Source: Macrostomum lignano (Eukaryota). From it: a stretch of 64,000 nucleotides of DNA. The position numbers and the translations under genes were made by a program. The stretch is taken from NCBI GenBank assembly GCA_002269645.1, contig NIVC01000389.1, forward strand, positions 1 to 64,000. Direction: 5' to 3'. Each line of letters opens with the position of its first letter. Position 1 is the first letter of the stretch. The notes under the pieces were generated by a model, which saw only the letters and a list, made by a program, of their open reading frames with translations, made no database searches and was not told the DNA's origin. Positions 35,052 to 46,496 of this stretch are shown in pieces.

Positions 35052-36136
35052 GATCAATATGTATAATATAATGTACAAAGCCAATTTTTAATCATTATTA
35101 TTTTTAAGTTCCTAATGAAAAATATCAAAAAGACCTTAATTTTTTTATATAATTGTAGCCAAAGTTGTAATATACTTTTGCCTTCCTTACCTAAAATATA
35201 TTCTATCTTTGATATTAAAATCTATAATTGGGACAATTATATAGCACCTTTGTATATTTCTAATAATATAATATGTATTAGTTCTATAACATGTAGCATT
35301 GGTAATATATCATGTTCAAATAATTGTAATCTTAGCCTGAATAATTTATGACTATATATCTAAATATATGTGTAACCTCTAAAATTATATAGGCCTAAAA
35401 TTATATATATTATATAAAATTATTTCTGAGTTATCTAACAAAAAATATTCTATTGTTTGTCAAGATTTGTCAAAAATCATTAATTTTGTTGTTTACCCTT
35501 GGTTTGCCACAATTTATGCTAGTTAGATTTGTAGGATTAGTCAGTAATTATATAATATTATAATATTTTATTTCTTGTATTTATCTGATAATTAAATATT
35601 TATATTTATATTTGCTTCTATTGAGGGTTTTTGTAGTCTAAGTATTGGATTAACACATTGCATTAAAACCTTTCACTTTTAAATTAACTACCTAGATACT
35701 ATCTAGTATTATTATATATGTTAATATATATTGTATTATATTTGTTAACTAATTTGTTAATATACTAGTGCAATTTTTAGATAGTTGGAATTTTTTTATG
35801 TATACTAAGCTTACCTAAGCAATCTAGACTACATTTTAAATAAGCATAAAAATACTCTAAATAAACTTGTTTAAATAGACTGCAACATTTTTGTTGACAG
35901 TTTTCATTGTTTAGAGATATAATTTTAGATGGTTAATTTTGTATGTATATATTTTTGAATTAGTACTATCTTTAGAAAGGGGTCATTTGCCCAACTCACT
36001 CTGTCCCAAAGATGTTTTTAGTAGTATATATAGAGATTTAGTATATTTTTATTTATTAAAGCATAAGAAATAATAATTTAATGCACTAACAATCTTGTAT
36101 TGAATTAGCTTGAAAAAATATTGCTGCCACTTTAAG

Positions 36137-36438
36137 TAATAATAATAATTGATTACAGCTGCCCTAATGGGCAGATGTGCAACCAATAGCTCAGCTGCAG
36201 CTATTGCGTGGTGCATCTGAAGGCTGCGTACCACTCTCAGTCCAAGGACTGGGGGTTGCCACACACCCTCAATTACCCCAGCTAATGCTGGCACCCATTT
36301 TACAGCTGGGTGAACTGAAGTAATGCAGAGAGTTAAGTGTCTTGGCTCAAGGACACCAATTGTTCCAGTAGGATTGGGAATCGAACCCCCGACCTTCAAG
36401 TTGTGAGTATAATGCTCTAGCCACTAGACTACAACCCC
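36137..36438 (-). mobile_element. tRNA-derived CORE-type SINE, second copy
   Basis: Reverse complement of 6806-7068 with the same head, core and tail, plus about 50 extra nt in the 3' part. Confidence 0.85.
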
Positions 36439-36683
36439 TTAACTAAGCAAGTTTTAATACTTTTGGGTTTTATTTTTAGGCACAACTAGTGTGTAATATT
36501 GTGCAATCCAGATTAACTTGTTTTCATGGTTTTCTTGGTAACCAAATTTCACCATTATTGCAGTTATTATGCAATAGAATATGCAGCTAATGCATGGCTA
36601 TATATACAGCTAGTCTCAATTCATATTTGATGCCTGAGTCTGAGAGATAGAGAGCCAGATATCGGCCAAATTGCAGCATCGCC

Positions 36684-39600
36684 ATGAACCATCTGATGTC
36701 ATCCGTGATGCGCGGCATCGGTCGCAAGCGGCGTTGCGATGAGCCGGGCAGGCGCTCAACTGGCGTCGACAGCAGCAGCAGCGACGATGACTTGGATCTG
36801 GATCCAGATTTTTCTCCCGACTCTGAGGAGCTTCGATCGCCAGTTGCTAAGCTGGCTAGGATTAAGCGGGCTGCTGCCGCTGCTGCTGCTAAAAAGCGAA
36901 GAAAAACTTCTACTGCAAAGAGAGTTTCAAAGTCAAAGGCCTCCGACAGAAGACTGTGAGTTTTTTAAGCTTTCAGAGCTTTAATTAGTTTGAAATTATT
37001 TTCAATGTTGTCTGGGGAAGTTCCTTTAAAATTCCAAAGCTTTATCTCAAAATCCCCAAAACTCTTCCTTAAAATCCCCAAAGCTCTATCTTTAAATCCT
37101 CAAAGCACCACCTTATTTTCCCCAAAGCTCCACCTTATATTCCCCAAAGCACCACCTTATATTCCCCAGAGCTCCACCTTATATTCCCCAAAGCACCACC
37201 TTATATTCCCCAGAGCTCCACCTTATATTCCCCAAAGCACCACCTTATATTCCCCAAAGCTCCACCTTATATGTATTCCCCAAAGCTCCACCTTATATTC
37301 CCCAAAGCTCTATCTTATATTCCCCAAAGCTCCACCTTATTTTCCCCAAAGCTCCACCTAATATTCCCCAAAGCACCACCTTATATTCCCCAAAGCTCCA
37401 CCTTATATTCCCCAAAGCTCCACCTTATATTCCCCAAAGCTCCACCTTATATTCCCCAAAGCTCTATCTTATATTCCCCAAAGCTCCACCTTATATTCCC
37501 CAAAGCTCAATCTTATATTCCCCAAAGCTCTATCTTATAATCCCCAAAGCTCCACCTTATATTCCCCAAAGCTCTATCTTATATTCCCCAAAGCTCTATC
37601 TTATATTCCCCAAAGCTCCACCTTATATTCCCCAAAGCTCTATCTTATATTCCCCAAAGCTCTATCTTATATTCCCCAAAGCTCCACCTTATATTCCCCA
37701 AAGCTCTATCTTATATTCCCCAAAGCTCCACCTTATATTCCCCAAAGCTCTATCTTATATTCCCCAAAGCTCCACCTTATATTCCCCAAAGCTCCACCTT
37801 ATATTCCCCAAAGCTCTATCTTAAAATCCCCAAAGCTCCATCTTAAAATCCCCAAAGCTCCATCTTAAAATCCCCAAAGATTCATCTTAAAATCCCCAAA
37901 TCCCCATCTTAAAATCCCCAAAGCTCCATCTTAAAATCCCTAAAGCTTCATCTTAAAATCCCTATAGCTTAATCTTATAACAATCCATATTCAACATTCA
38001 ACCATAGAACTAGAAAGTCAGCAGTCGCCGCCGACCCAGCCGACAATAACGCCGGTTGTCGCTCAGTCAGCTTGGACACTTTGCCAACCGACGTTCTGCT
38101 TCGAATAGTCGAATTCGCCGCCTCCCAGACCGGCATGCTCAGCCTGGCAGCCAGCCTGTCTCAGGTGTGCCAACGATTGCGTCATTTTATTACCGTCGAA
38201 TCGCCTCGCTGCTATTCGACTGCTCTGTGGCGCAATGCCGATTTCTCTCGTTTGAATCGGAAGTTAAGCACAGCTCAGCTGCACTCAATGGCACTGCCCA
38301 GGTTCCCGGCTCTGAGCTCCATCAATTTGGAGAACTGGAAAACACTGAGGGATAAAGATGTCGAAGCTATTTGCGACAAGTATGGAGACACTTTGAGCGA
38401 GGTGAATCATTTTTAAGTCACTCTGTAGTTTAAACAGTTCTTTATCCGTCAGCCCAACCCTCACGAATCGCCCCTAACCCTTAGGATCATTTCAATCCTC
38501 AAGAATCGCCCACAGTCCTCAATAATCGCCCGAACCCTCAGGAATCACCCCCCAATCCCCAAGAATCGCCCCCAATCCCCAAGAATCGCCCCAACCGTCA
38601 AGAATCGCCCCAAACCCTTTAGAATCGCTCCCAATCCTAAAAAATCGCCCCAACCCTCACGAATCGCCCCCAACCCTCACGAATCGCCCCAACCCTCACG
38701 AATCGCTCCAACCCTCACGAATCGCCCCCAAACCTCAAGAATCGCCCCAAACCCTTTAGAATCGCTCCCAATCCTCAAGAATCGCCCCAACCCTCACAAA
38801 TCGCCCCCAACCCTCAAGAATCGCCCCAAAACTTTTAGAATCGCTCCCAATCCTCAAGAATCGCCCCAACCCTCAAGAATCGCTCCCAACCCTTTAGAAT
38901 CGCCCCCAACCCTCAAGAATCGCCCCAACCCGCAAAAATCGCCCCCAACCCGCAAGAATCGCCCCAACCCTCAAGAATCGCCCCTAATCCTCTAGAATCG
39001 CCCCAACCGCAACAATCGCCCCAACCCTCAAGAATCGCCCCAACCCTCAAGAATCGCCCCTAATCCTCAAGAATCGCCCCAACCGCAACAATCGCCCCCA
39101 ACCCGCAATAATCGCCCCCAACCGCAAAAATCGCCCCCAACCCTCAAGAATCGCCCCTAACCCTCAAGAATCGCCCCTAACCCTCAAGAATCGCCCCAAC
39201 CGCAACAATCGCCCCCAACCCGCAAGAATCGCCCCTAATCCTCAAGAATCGCCCCAACCGCAACAATCGCCCCCAACCCGCAAGAATCGCCCCTAATCCT
39301 CAAGAATCGCCCCAACCGCAACAATCGCCCCCAACCCGCAATAATCGCCCCCAACCGCAAAAATCGCCCCCAACCCTCAAGAATTGCCCCTAACCCTCAA
39401 GAATCGCCCCAACCGCAACAATCGCCCCCAACCCGCAAGAATCGCCCTCAACCACCGTGGGAAACTCGCCCCAGTCTGACCAATGACAATCCAATGACAA
39501 TGCCGCAACCCGCCAGGTGTCTCTCGCCGGTTCGGACCACCTGTCGGGTCGCACACTCACCTGCCTGTCTGACCGCTGCCGCCGCCTCAGCCGCCTGTCC

Positions 39601-41773
39601 CTGCGCCGCCTGCCTCATCGACTGGCGCACGGCCAACTGTTCACCCAGCTGCTTCAGCGTCACTCTGACAGCCTTGTCGACCTGTCAATCGATTCGTTGG
39701 AAGGTGAAATAGTCGGTTTCGGCTTGTTACTAAGCGGCCTGACCGCTAAGCCCGGTGCGCTGTCTCGGCTTCATCGTCTGCGACTCGCCAACTTGCGCTC
39801 CAGCAGCCTGCGAGACTCCGCCCTGGACGTCTCCGCTCTGGCGGCCAGTGCACCGAATTTGCGTCAGCTTGAATTAGCGAATCTGCCGCTGGCTGGCGGA
39901 CTGCCGTTTGTGTGGCCCGACTGTCGGCTGAGTCAGTTACGGCATCTCTTGGTGCAGGTGTGTTGGTATAGTCCAGATGAGCCAGATCCCCAATCTGTAA
40001 TGAGCCAGATCCCCAATCTGTAATGAGCCAGATCCCCAATCTGTATTGAGCCAGATCCCCAATCTGTAATGAGCCAGATCCCCAATCTGTATTGAGCCAG
40101 ATCCCCAATCTGTAATTAGCCAGATCCCCAATCTGTAATGAGCCAGATCCCCAATCTGTAATGAGCAAGATCCCCAATCTGTAATGAGCCAGATCCCCAA
40201 TCTGTAATTAGCCAGATCCCCAATCTGTAATTAGCCAGATCCCCAATCTGTAATGAGCCAGATCCCCAATCTGTAATGAGCAAGATCCCCAATCTGTAAT
40301 GAGCAAGATCCCCAATCTGTAATGAGCAAGATCCCCAATCTGTAATGAGCCAGATCCCCAATCTGTATTGAGCCAGATCCCCAATCTGTAATGAGCCAGA
40401 TCCCCAATCTGTAATGAGCCAGATCCCCAATCTGTAATGAGCCAGATCCCCAATCTGTAATGAGCCAGATCCCCAATCTGTAATGAGCCAGATCCCCAAT
40501 CTGTAATGAGCCAGATCCCCAATCTGTAATTAGCCAGATCCCCAATCTGTAATTAGCCAGATCCCCAATCTGTAATGAGCCAGATTCCCAATCTGTAATT
40601 AGCCAGATCCCCAATCTGTAATTAGCCAGATCCCCAATCTGTAATTAGCAAGATCCCCAATCGAAATTCTGATCGAGATTATCAATCGAACTCAATTATC
40701 GTCAGGAGTTGCCCAGCCCATTCCGCCTCACTGTGAGCTCAGCTGCTCTGCCCAGTCTCTCCAGCCTGAGTATCGTGGCCACCGACTTCGATCTAGTGGA
40801 CGATTTGTCGTCGGCTTTGCAAGCCGAAGTCGATGACACCGGTGAAAAATCATCGATTCAAGGATTTAAAGGCCTACGACGTCTTGCAGTATCTCATTGC
40901 ACTAATGCTGATGAAGCTGACACGCTGGCTCCGCTATTGTTGCTAATGGAGTCTGGCCAGCTGCCTCTGCTTGATGAAGCTGATTTCACTGCCAGTTCGA
41001 TTTTCAGCTTGCCCGGCGGTGGCGACCGGCTTGCGGCGGCTCTGGCTTCGCTGCCCAGCCTTAACGAGCTTAATCTCACTGGGACAGGGGTCCTGCTGCC
41101 AGCTGTCAGGTGTGAATGCATTTCCTCATGCATGCTTATTTGCTGCTCATTCTTAATTTAGGCTTTAGTCTAGCCCCCCCCATTCTAGATTTGCAGCATT
41201 AATTGCAATGTCCATGAGAATCTTCTTCCTCAATAAATGTCCATGGGAATCTTCTTCCTCAAGAAATGTCCATGAGAATCTTCTTCCTCAAGAAATGTCC
41301 ATGGGAATCTTTGTTTCTCAAGAAATGTCCATAAGAATCTTCTTCCTCAAGAAATGTCCATGGGAATCTTTGTTTCTCAAGAAATGTCCATGGGAATCTT
41401 CTTCTTCAAGAAATGTCCATGGGAATCTTCTTTCTCAAGAAATGTCCATGGGAATCTTCTTCTTCAAGAAATGTCCATGAGAATCTTCTTCCTCAAGAAA
41501 TGTCCATGGGAATCTTCTTCCTCAAGAAATGTCCATGGGAATCTTCTTCCTCAAGAAATGTCCATGAGAATCTTTGTTTCTTAAAGAATGTCCATGAGAA
41601 TAACAGTCGCCTTAAACCACACCTTGCGCAGGTTGATCGCTTCGTCCTCCGGCTCGCTAACTAAACTCAACTTGACTGCGTGCAAGTGTTTGCCTCGGGG
41701 ATTTAAGCAGCTTCTGACATCGAGGCAGAGTATTGCGGCCTGGGTGGCTAAGGCCGAGACTGAGTTGGATTGA
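36684..41773 (+). CDS. FBXL6: F-box/LRR protein, FBXL6-like. Exons 36684-36955, 38008-38401, 39517-39957, 40706-41109, 41632-41773
   Basis: F-box LDTLPTDVLLRIVEF...SQVCQRLR...LWRNADFS, LRR-like segments, and C-terminal LNLTACKCLPRGFKQ as in FBXL6. Splice phases are consistent. Confidence 0.7.
37060..37975. repeat. 22-bp minisatellite (CCCCAAAGCTCCACCTTATATT) in FBXL6 intron 1
   Basis: About 40 units; grades into an AAAATCCCC variant at the 3' end. Confidence 0.95.
38455..39450. repeat. 19-20-bp minisatellite (AAGAATCGCCCCCAACCCTC) in FBXL6 intron 2
   Basis: About 50 units. Confidence 0.95.
39975..40660. repeat. 23-bp minisatellite (GAGCCAGATCCCCAATCTGTAAT) in FBXL6 intron 3
   Basis: About 30 highly homogeneous units. 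Confidence 0.95.
41200..41600. repeat. 29-bp minisatellite (GAAATGTCCATGGGAATCTTCTTCCTCAA) in FBXL6 intron 4
   Basis: About 13 units. Confidence 0.95.
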
Positions 41774-42379
41774 AACCTGCTCTGAGATGGCGTCATTGAC
41801 TCACTGGGGTTGGATATAAAAGCAAAATCATTTAGATTAGAGTCTGGCTCATTGATATCTCGTTGCTTTAAAGTCGTCTAGAGCCACTTTTTTCTATTTT
41901 ACTTACCTGTTTTACCTGAAGCGACTATGGGGCGCTTCTTGGCCTGGGTACCGTTGTCATCGGGGTATCTTTACATTACGCATTTCTGTTAATAGTGTTT
42001 TAATTCCGTTACTGTATATTTGTAAGCTTAAATTGATTTTTTCCAATTACACAATGAAAATACTTTTTCTATTAAAAGTGCATGCAAGTTTTTTAATTAG
42101 TTTTTATCAATGTTGCTAATTCTTCTATTTATACAATTTTTAAAACTTGGTTCAACGTTTTGTAACTTTTGGTTCGCTATTATGTAATGATTTTGTACTT
42201 TTTCGTATCTTAATATAATAATTCAGATTTTTTTTATTCCATAATTTTTGTCTTCTCTGTTTTTATTTTAATCTCTGTGCACAGCTTTTACCAACTAGTT
42301 CGTCTGCCATTGTGATAAGTCCAGGTTAGACTGCAGATTTTATAGTCAATCTGCAGCTTTGACTGCCAAGGGTGTAGAT

Positions 42380-42910
42380 TTGACAGCCAATGATTCTAGA
42401 TTTGACAGCCAATAACTGTAGATTTGACAGCCAATAACTGTAGATTTGACAGCCAATAACTGTAGATTTGACAGCCAATAACTGTAGATTTGACAGCCAA
42501 TAATTGTAGATTTGACAGCCAATAATTGTAGATTTGACAGTCACTGTAGATTTGACAGTCACTGTAGATTTGACAGCCAATAATTGTAGATTTGACAGTC
42601 ACTGTAGATTTGACAGTCACTGTAGATTTGACAGCCAATAATTGTAGATTTGACAGTCACTGTAGATTTGACAGCCAATAATTGTAGATTTGACAGTCAC
42701 TGTAGATTTGACAGTCACTGTAGATTTGACAGTCACTGTAGATTTGACAGTCACTGTAGATTTGACAGTCACTGTAGATTTGACAGTCACTGTAGATTTG
42801 ACACAATTACTGTAGATTTGACAGCCACTGACTGTAGATTTGACAGCCACTGACTGTAGATTTGACAGCCACTGACTGTAGATTTGACACAATTACTGTA
42901 GATTTGACTG
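42380..42910. repeat. Mixed 22/18-bp minisatellite (TGTAGATTTGACAGCCAATAAC / TGTAGATTTGACAGTCAC) upstream of HINT
   Basis: Two unit types interleaved around a shared TGTAGATTTGACAG core. Confidence 0.9.
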
Positions 42911-42959
42911 TAGATGTATAGATTTTAGCATAGTCCTCCTTCCCGCCACCCTATTTTGC

Positions 42960-43469
42960 ATGTTGTCGTTTCGCAACCTAGCAGCTTTAGCAAGTCGTTG
43001 GCCAAAGTCGTCGCATCGTCTTTTAGAAGCAGCAGCGGCAGCAGCCAGACCAGCCGCTTACAGCAGAGGAATGTCAGACGAAGTGGCCAAGGCCCGAGCG
43101 GCAGCCGAGGCGGCCCACGGCGACCTGAACAAGCCGACCATATTCAACAAGATCATCAGCAAGGAAATCCCAGCCAAAGTGCTATTCGAAGACGATCGAG
43201 CTCTAGCCTTCTCGGACGTTAATCCGCAGGCTCCGGTGCACTTCCTGGTGATTCCTAAAGTGCAAATCCCTATGCTAGAATTCGCCAAAGATGACGACGA
43301 ATCCCTGCTAGGCCATCTAATTCTAACGGCTCGCAGAGTGGCCGCCGAGCAGGGTCTGAACAATGGCTACAGGCTGGTGATTAACAATGGCAGCGACGGC
43401 GCCCAGAGCGTCTTTCACCTGCATGTGCACGTCATGGGCGGCAGGCAGATGGGCTGGCCGCCTGGCTAA
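42960..43469 (+). CDS. HINT1: Histidine triad nucleotide-binding protein (HINT1/HINT2 family) with N-terminal extension, intronless
   Basis: [59 protein letters not shown] (HIT motif). The HINT1 versus HINT2 assignment is uncertain. Confidence 0.95.
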   Translation: MLSFRNLAALASRWPKSSHRLLEAAAAAARPAAYSRGMSDEVAKARAAAEAAHGDLNKPTIFNKIISKEIPAKVLFEDDRALAFSDVNPQAPVHFLVIPKVQIPMLEFAKDDDESLLGHLILTARRVAAEQGLNNGYRLVINNGSDGAQSVFHLHVHVMGGRQMGWPPG

Positions 43470-43834
43470 TGAAGTTCTAGGATAATAATGATAATACAAT
43501 GATAAACGAACTATCACTTTTTATTGTTTAAAAATTAATTTTGGTTTTCTTCAATCTGATGCCAGTAAATATAATGAGGTGTGAATTGTGAAGAAATTTA
43601 AGCTTCTTGATTTAATGTTTCTTTTGATTAGATGTTTTGATGAGAATTGTCCAGCTAAATGCTTTAATTACCTCTGACCATCCTAATTGGCCTGTTTCAT
43701 CATCCTAATGACCTGTATTAGCACCCTAATGACCTGTATTAGCACCCTAATGGCCTGTATTAGCATCCTAATGGCCTTTAAGAGTTTTAGAATCGGGGCA
43801 GAAACAGTTAGACTTTGAACTCAGTCCTTACTGC

Positions 43835-44040
43835 CCTGCTCTCTTATTAGCTGAGCCAGATTGGGCCTGCCCCCCCCCCCTAGGCCGACTTTCGTCCGTC
43901 CAACTTTAACCTCTCTCCTTACTGCTCTCTTATTGGCTGAGCTAGATTGGGGCCTGTCCCCTAGACTGACTTTCTTACGTCTGACTTGGACCGCTCTCCT
44001 TACTGCTCTCTTATTGGCTGAGCTAGATTGGGCCTGCTTA
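43835..44040. promoter_or_regulatory. Triplicated ~80-bp unit carrying reverse-strand CCAAT boxes upstream of FPGS
   Basis: CTCTCTTATT(G/A)GCTGAGC(T/C)AGATTGGG occurs three times; ATTGG is an inverted CCAAT. Promoter function is inferred only. Confidence 0.35.
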
Positions 44041-44333
44041 GCTAAATGATTAGTAAGGTATTTAAACCAATGTGGAATTTTGTTCTCGTGAAACCCACCA
44101 CTTTTACTATGGCTTGGACGATTCATTCAGTGGTTTTATGGTAATATTCTTAAACTGATAATATTGGCTTAGTTCTACTAACTACAGGTGTTGTGTAATT
44201 TGCGCTACTTCTTATCTTGTCTCAGCCCACCTTTGCCTGACAGTTTATTATATTAGACAACTTTCTATTGAATGAACCGTATAAGGCATATCAAATAACA
44301 CACTCAACTGATGTTGCTGACCAGCCAGTCTTA

Positions 44334-46477
44334 ATGATGAGGAGCGCAGACTCCTCCAAAGTTTCCTACGCTTCGGCCATCGCCGCTCTGAACCAGCTGC
44401 AGTCTGGACCCAACTGTCGGGCCGCCCGACAGAGACCCGGCGGCCAGGACAGGTCCTCGGAAATGGCCCAACTGGCAGACCTGGCCGCTCGGGTGGGGCT
44501 GCACCAGACTGCACTGGCCGGGCTCAGGCCGGTGCACATCGCCGGCACCAAAGGCAAGGGCAGCACGGCCGCGTACACTGAGCGGCTGCTGCGCGCCTGC
44601 GGCCTCCGAACCGGCCTATTCACGTCGCCACACCTGGTAGAGGTGCGCGAGCGAATCCGGCTTAACGGCCGGCCAATCTCGCGGTCGGAGTTCGGGGAGC
44701 AGTTCTGGCGGCTGCACGACGATCTGACGGCTGCCACGGCGGCCACTTCCGGCTTTGAGTTCCCGAGGTACTTCCGGTTTCTCACCTTCATGGCGCTGCG
44801 ACTGTTTGTCGAACAGGCGGTGGACGTCGCCATCGTGGAGGTTGGCATCGGTGGGCGCTACGACAGCACGAACTTCATCAAAGAGCCGTGGGTGTGCGGC
44901 ATCGCGTCGCTGGGACACGACCACACGGCGCTGCTGGGCGGCACGCTCGATAAAATTGCCTGGCACAAGGTGGGCTTAATAATAATAACAGTTGCAGTAG
45001 GGCTGCGGGCACCCTGATGCAACGCCTTCGGCGACATCGTTCCACAGCCAGCGGTGACAGCGTAATGCCTCTCGCCGGTTTTGTGACAATGTCGCTTAAA
45101 GTGCGCCAGGCCGGGTGCTCACAGCCCCTGGCTCTAATAATGAAATTGCCGAATATTACTAAGCTAAGTGAGTTCCTAATGGCATTTAAACTCATCAATC
45201 CGCAGGCGGGCATCCTGAAGCCGGGCTGCATTGGCGTTACCTCGCCCGAACAGCCGGCCGAGTGTCTGCCGGTGCTGGCCAGGGCGGCCGCGGCTGCCGG
45301 CTGCCCCATCCGGGTGTCGCCTCGCCTGACGGCCTTCGCCGGCTTCGAGCGTCTGGGCCTTGACGGCTACCAACAGCTGAATGCGGCTCTGGCGCTGCAG
45401 CTCGCTCGCCTGTGGCTTCGTCGGTACTCAGATGAGGCTGGCAGTGCTGGTAATAGATTTGAGCCTTCCATCCGTGACGTCATCCGCTCTGTCAATGAAG
45501 ATGACGTCAGTTTGAAAAACCTCTCTAAAAATTTCATACAATTTTCCAATAATGACCGCAATCGCTGGACCTCCGCTAATGATAGCATCGTCAGCAGCCC
45601 AACGTCTTCCAATGGTGACGTCACAGATTCAGTTTCTAAAAATAGAGACGTTATACAGCTTGTATCGCCGAATAATGACGTCATAGATCGAGTATCCACG
45701 AATGATGACGTTATAGATCTGAAATCAACTAATGGTGACGTCATAGATCCAGTATCAACTAATGGTGACGTCATAGATCCGGTATCAACTAATGTTGACG
45801 TCATAGATCCGGTATCAACTGATGGTGACGCCATAGAAGCACCGCGCACGCTGTCGATATTTGCTCTACCAGAAGCATTTGTTGACGCAATTTCGTCCAC
45901 CCGCTGGCCGGGCAGGAACACCATCATCGTCAGGAAGGTGCCCACTGGTGACAGCTCCGAATGTACCATCACCTTTTATATCGACGGAGCGCACACTATT
46001 GAAAGCTGTCCATTGGCTGGGGAATGGTTCTCCAAGTTGACATCCGGCTCGCCAGCAGTGGATGAGCGGGTGCTGATTTTCAATCGAACTGGGAATAGAA
46101 ATCCCAATGAGCTGCTTGAGAGCTTGATCGGTGCTCGCAGTGGACAGTTTCCGTTACAATTTTCGGCCGGTCTGTTCTGTCCGAATCTCGTGGACGCTGA
46201 ACCGGCCGCCCATCCGGAGCTGGTGAACCTGATGGTGTCGCCTGAAGCGGCCGAGACCGCTACACAGCAGAATGCAAGCGCTTTCGCCTGTCTGATGCCG
46301 GCTGGCACAGAAACTGTTCAACTGTCTTGTCTTCGAGACGCTGTCGAATGGCTTCAATGCAGAGCGATGGCTGGACATCTTCGGTCTATTGCTGTGCTGG
46401 CAACTGGCAGTCTGCATCTGGTTGGCTGCCTGCTGGCCGTGCTGCAGCCTGAGGTGGCCGACGGTTGCGATGCTTGA
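44334..46477 (+). CDS. FPGS: Folylpolyglutamate synthase. Exons 44334-44969 and 45206-46477, with a possible extra in-frame intron from 45450
   Basis: HIAGTKGKGST, GLFTSPHLVEVRERIRLNG, EVGIGGRYDSTN, LGHDH, WHK|AGILK, WPGR, DGAHT and TGSLHLVG. Confidence 0.95.
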
Positions 46478-46496
46478 CTGTTAGGGATGGAGATCG

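Noticed and set aside
39746-40614. Repetitive ORFs and regularly spaced repeats resembling a CRISPR array
   Set aside because: The units are head-to-tail with no unique spacers, lie in a eukaryotic intron, and there are no cas genes. The same applies to all other arrays here.
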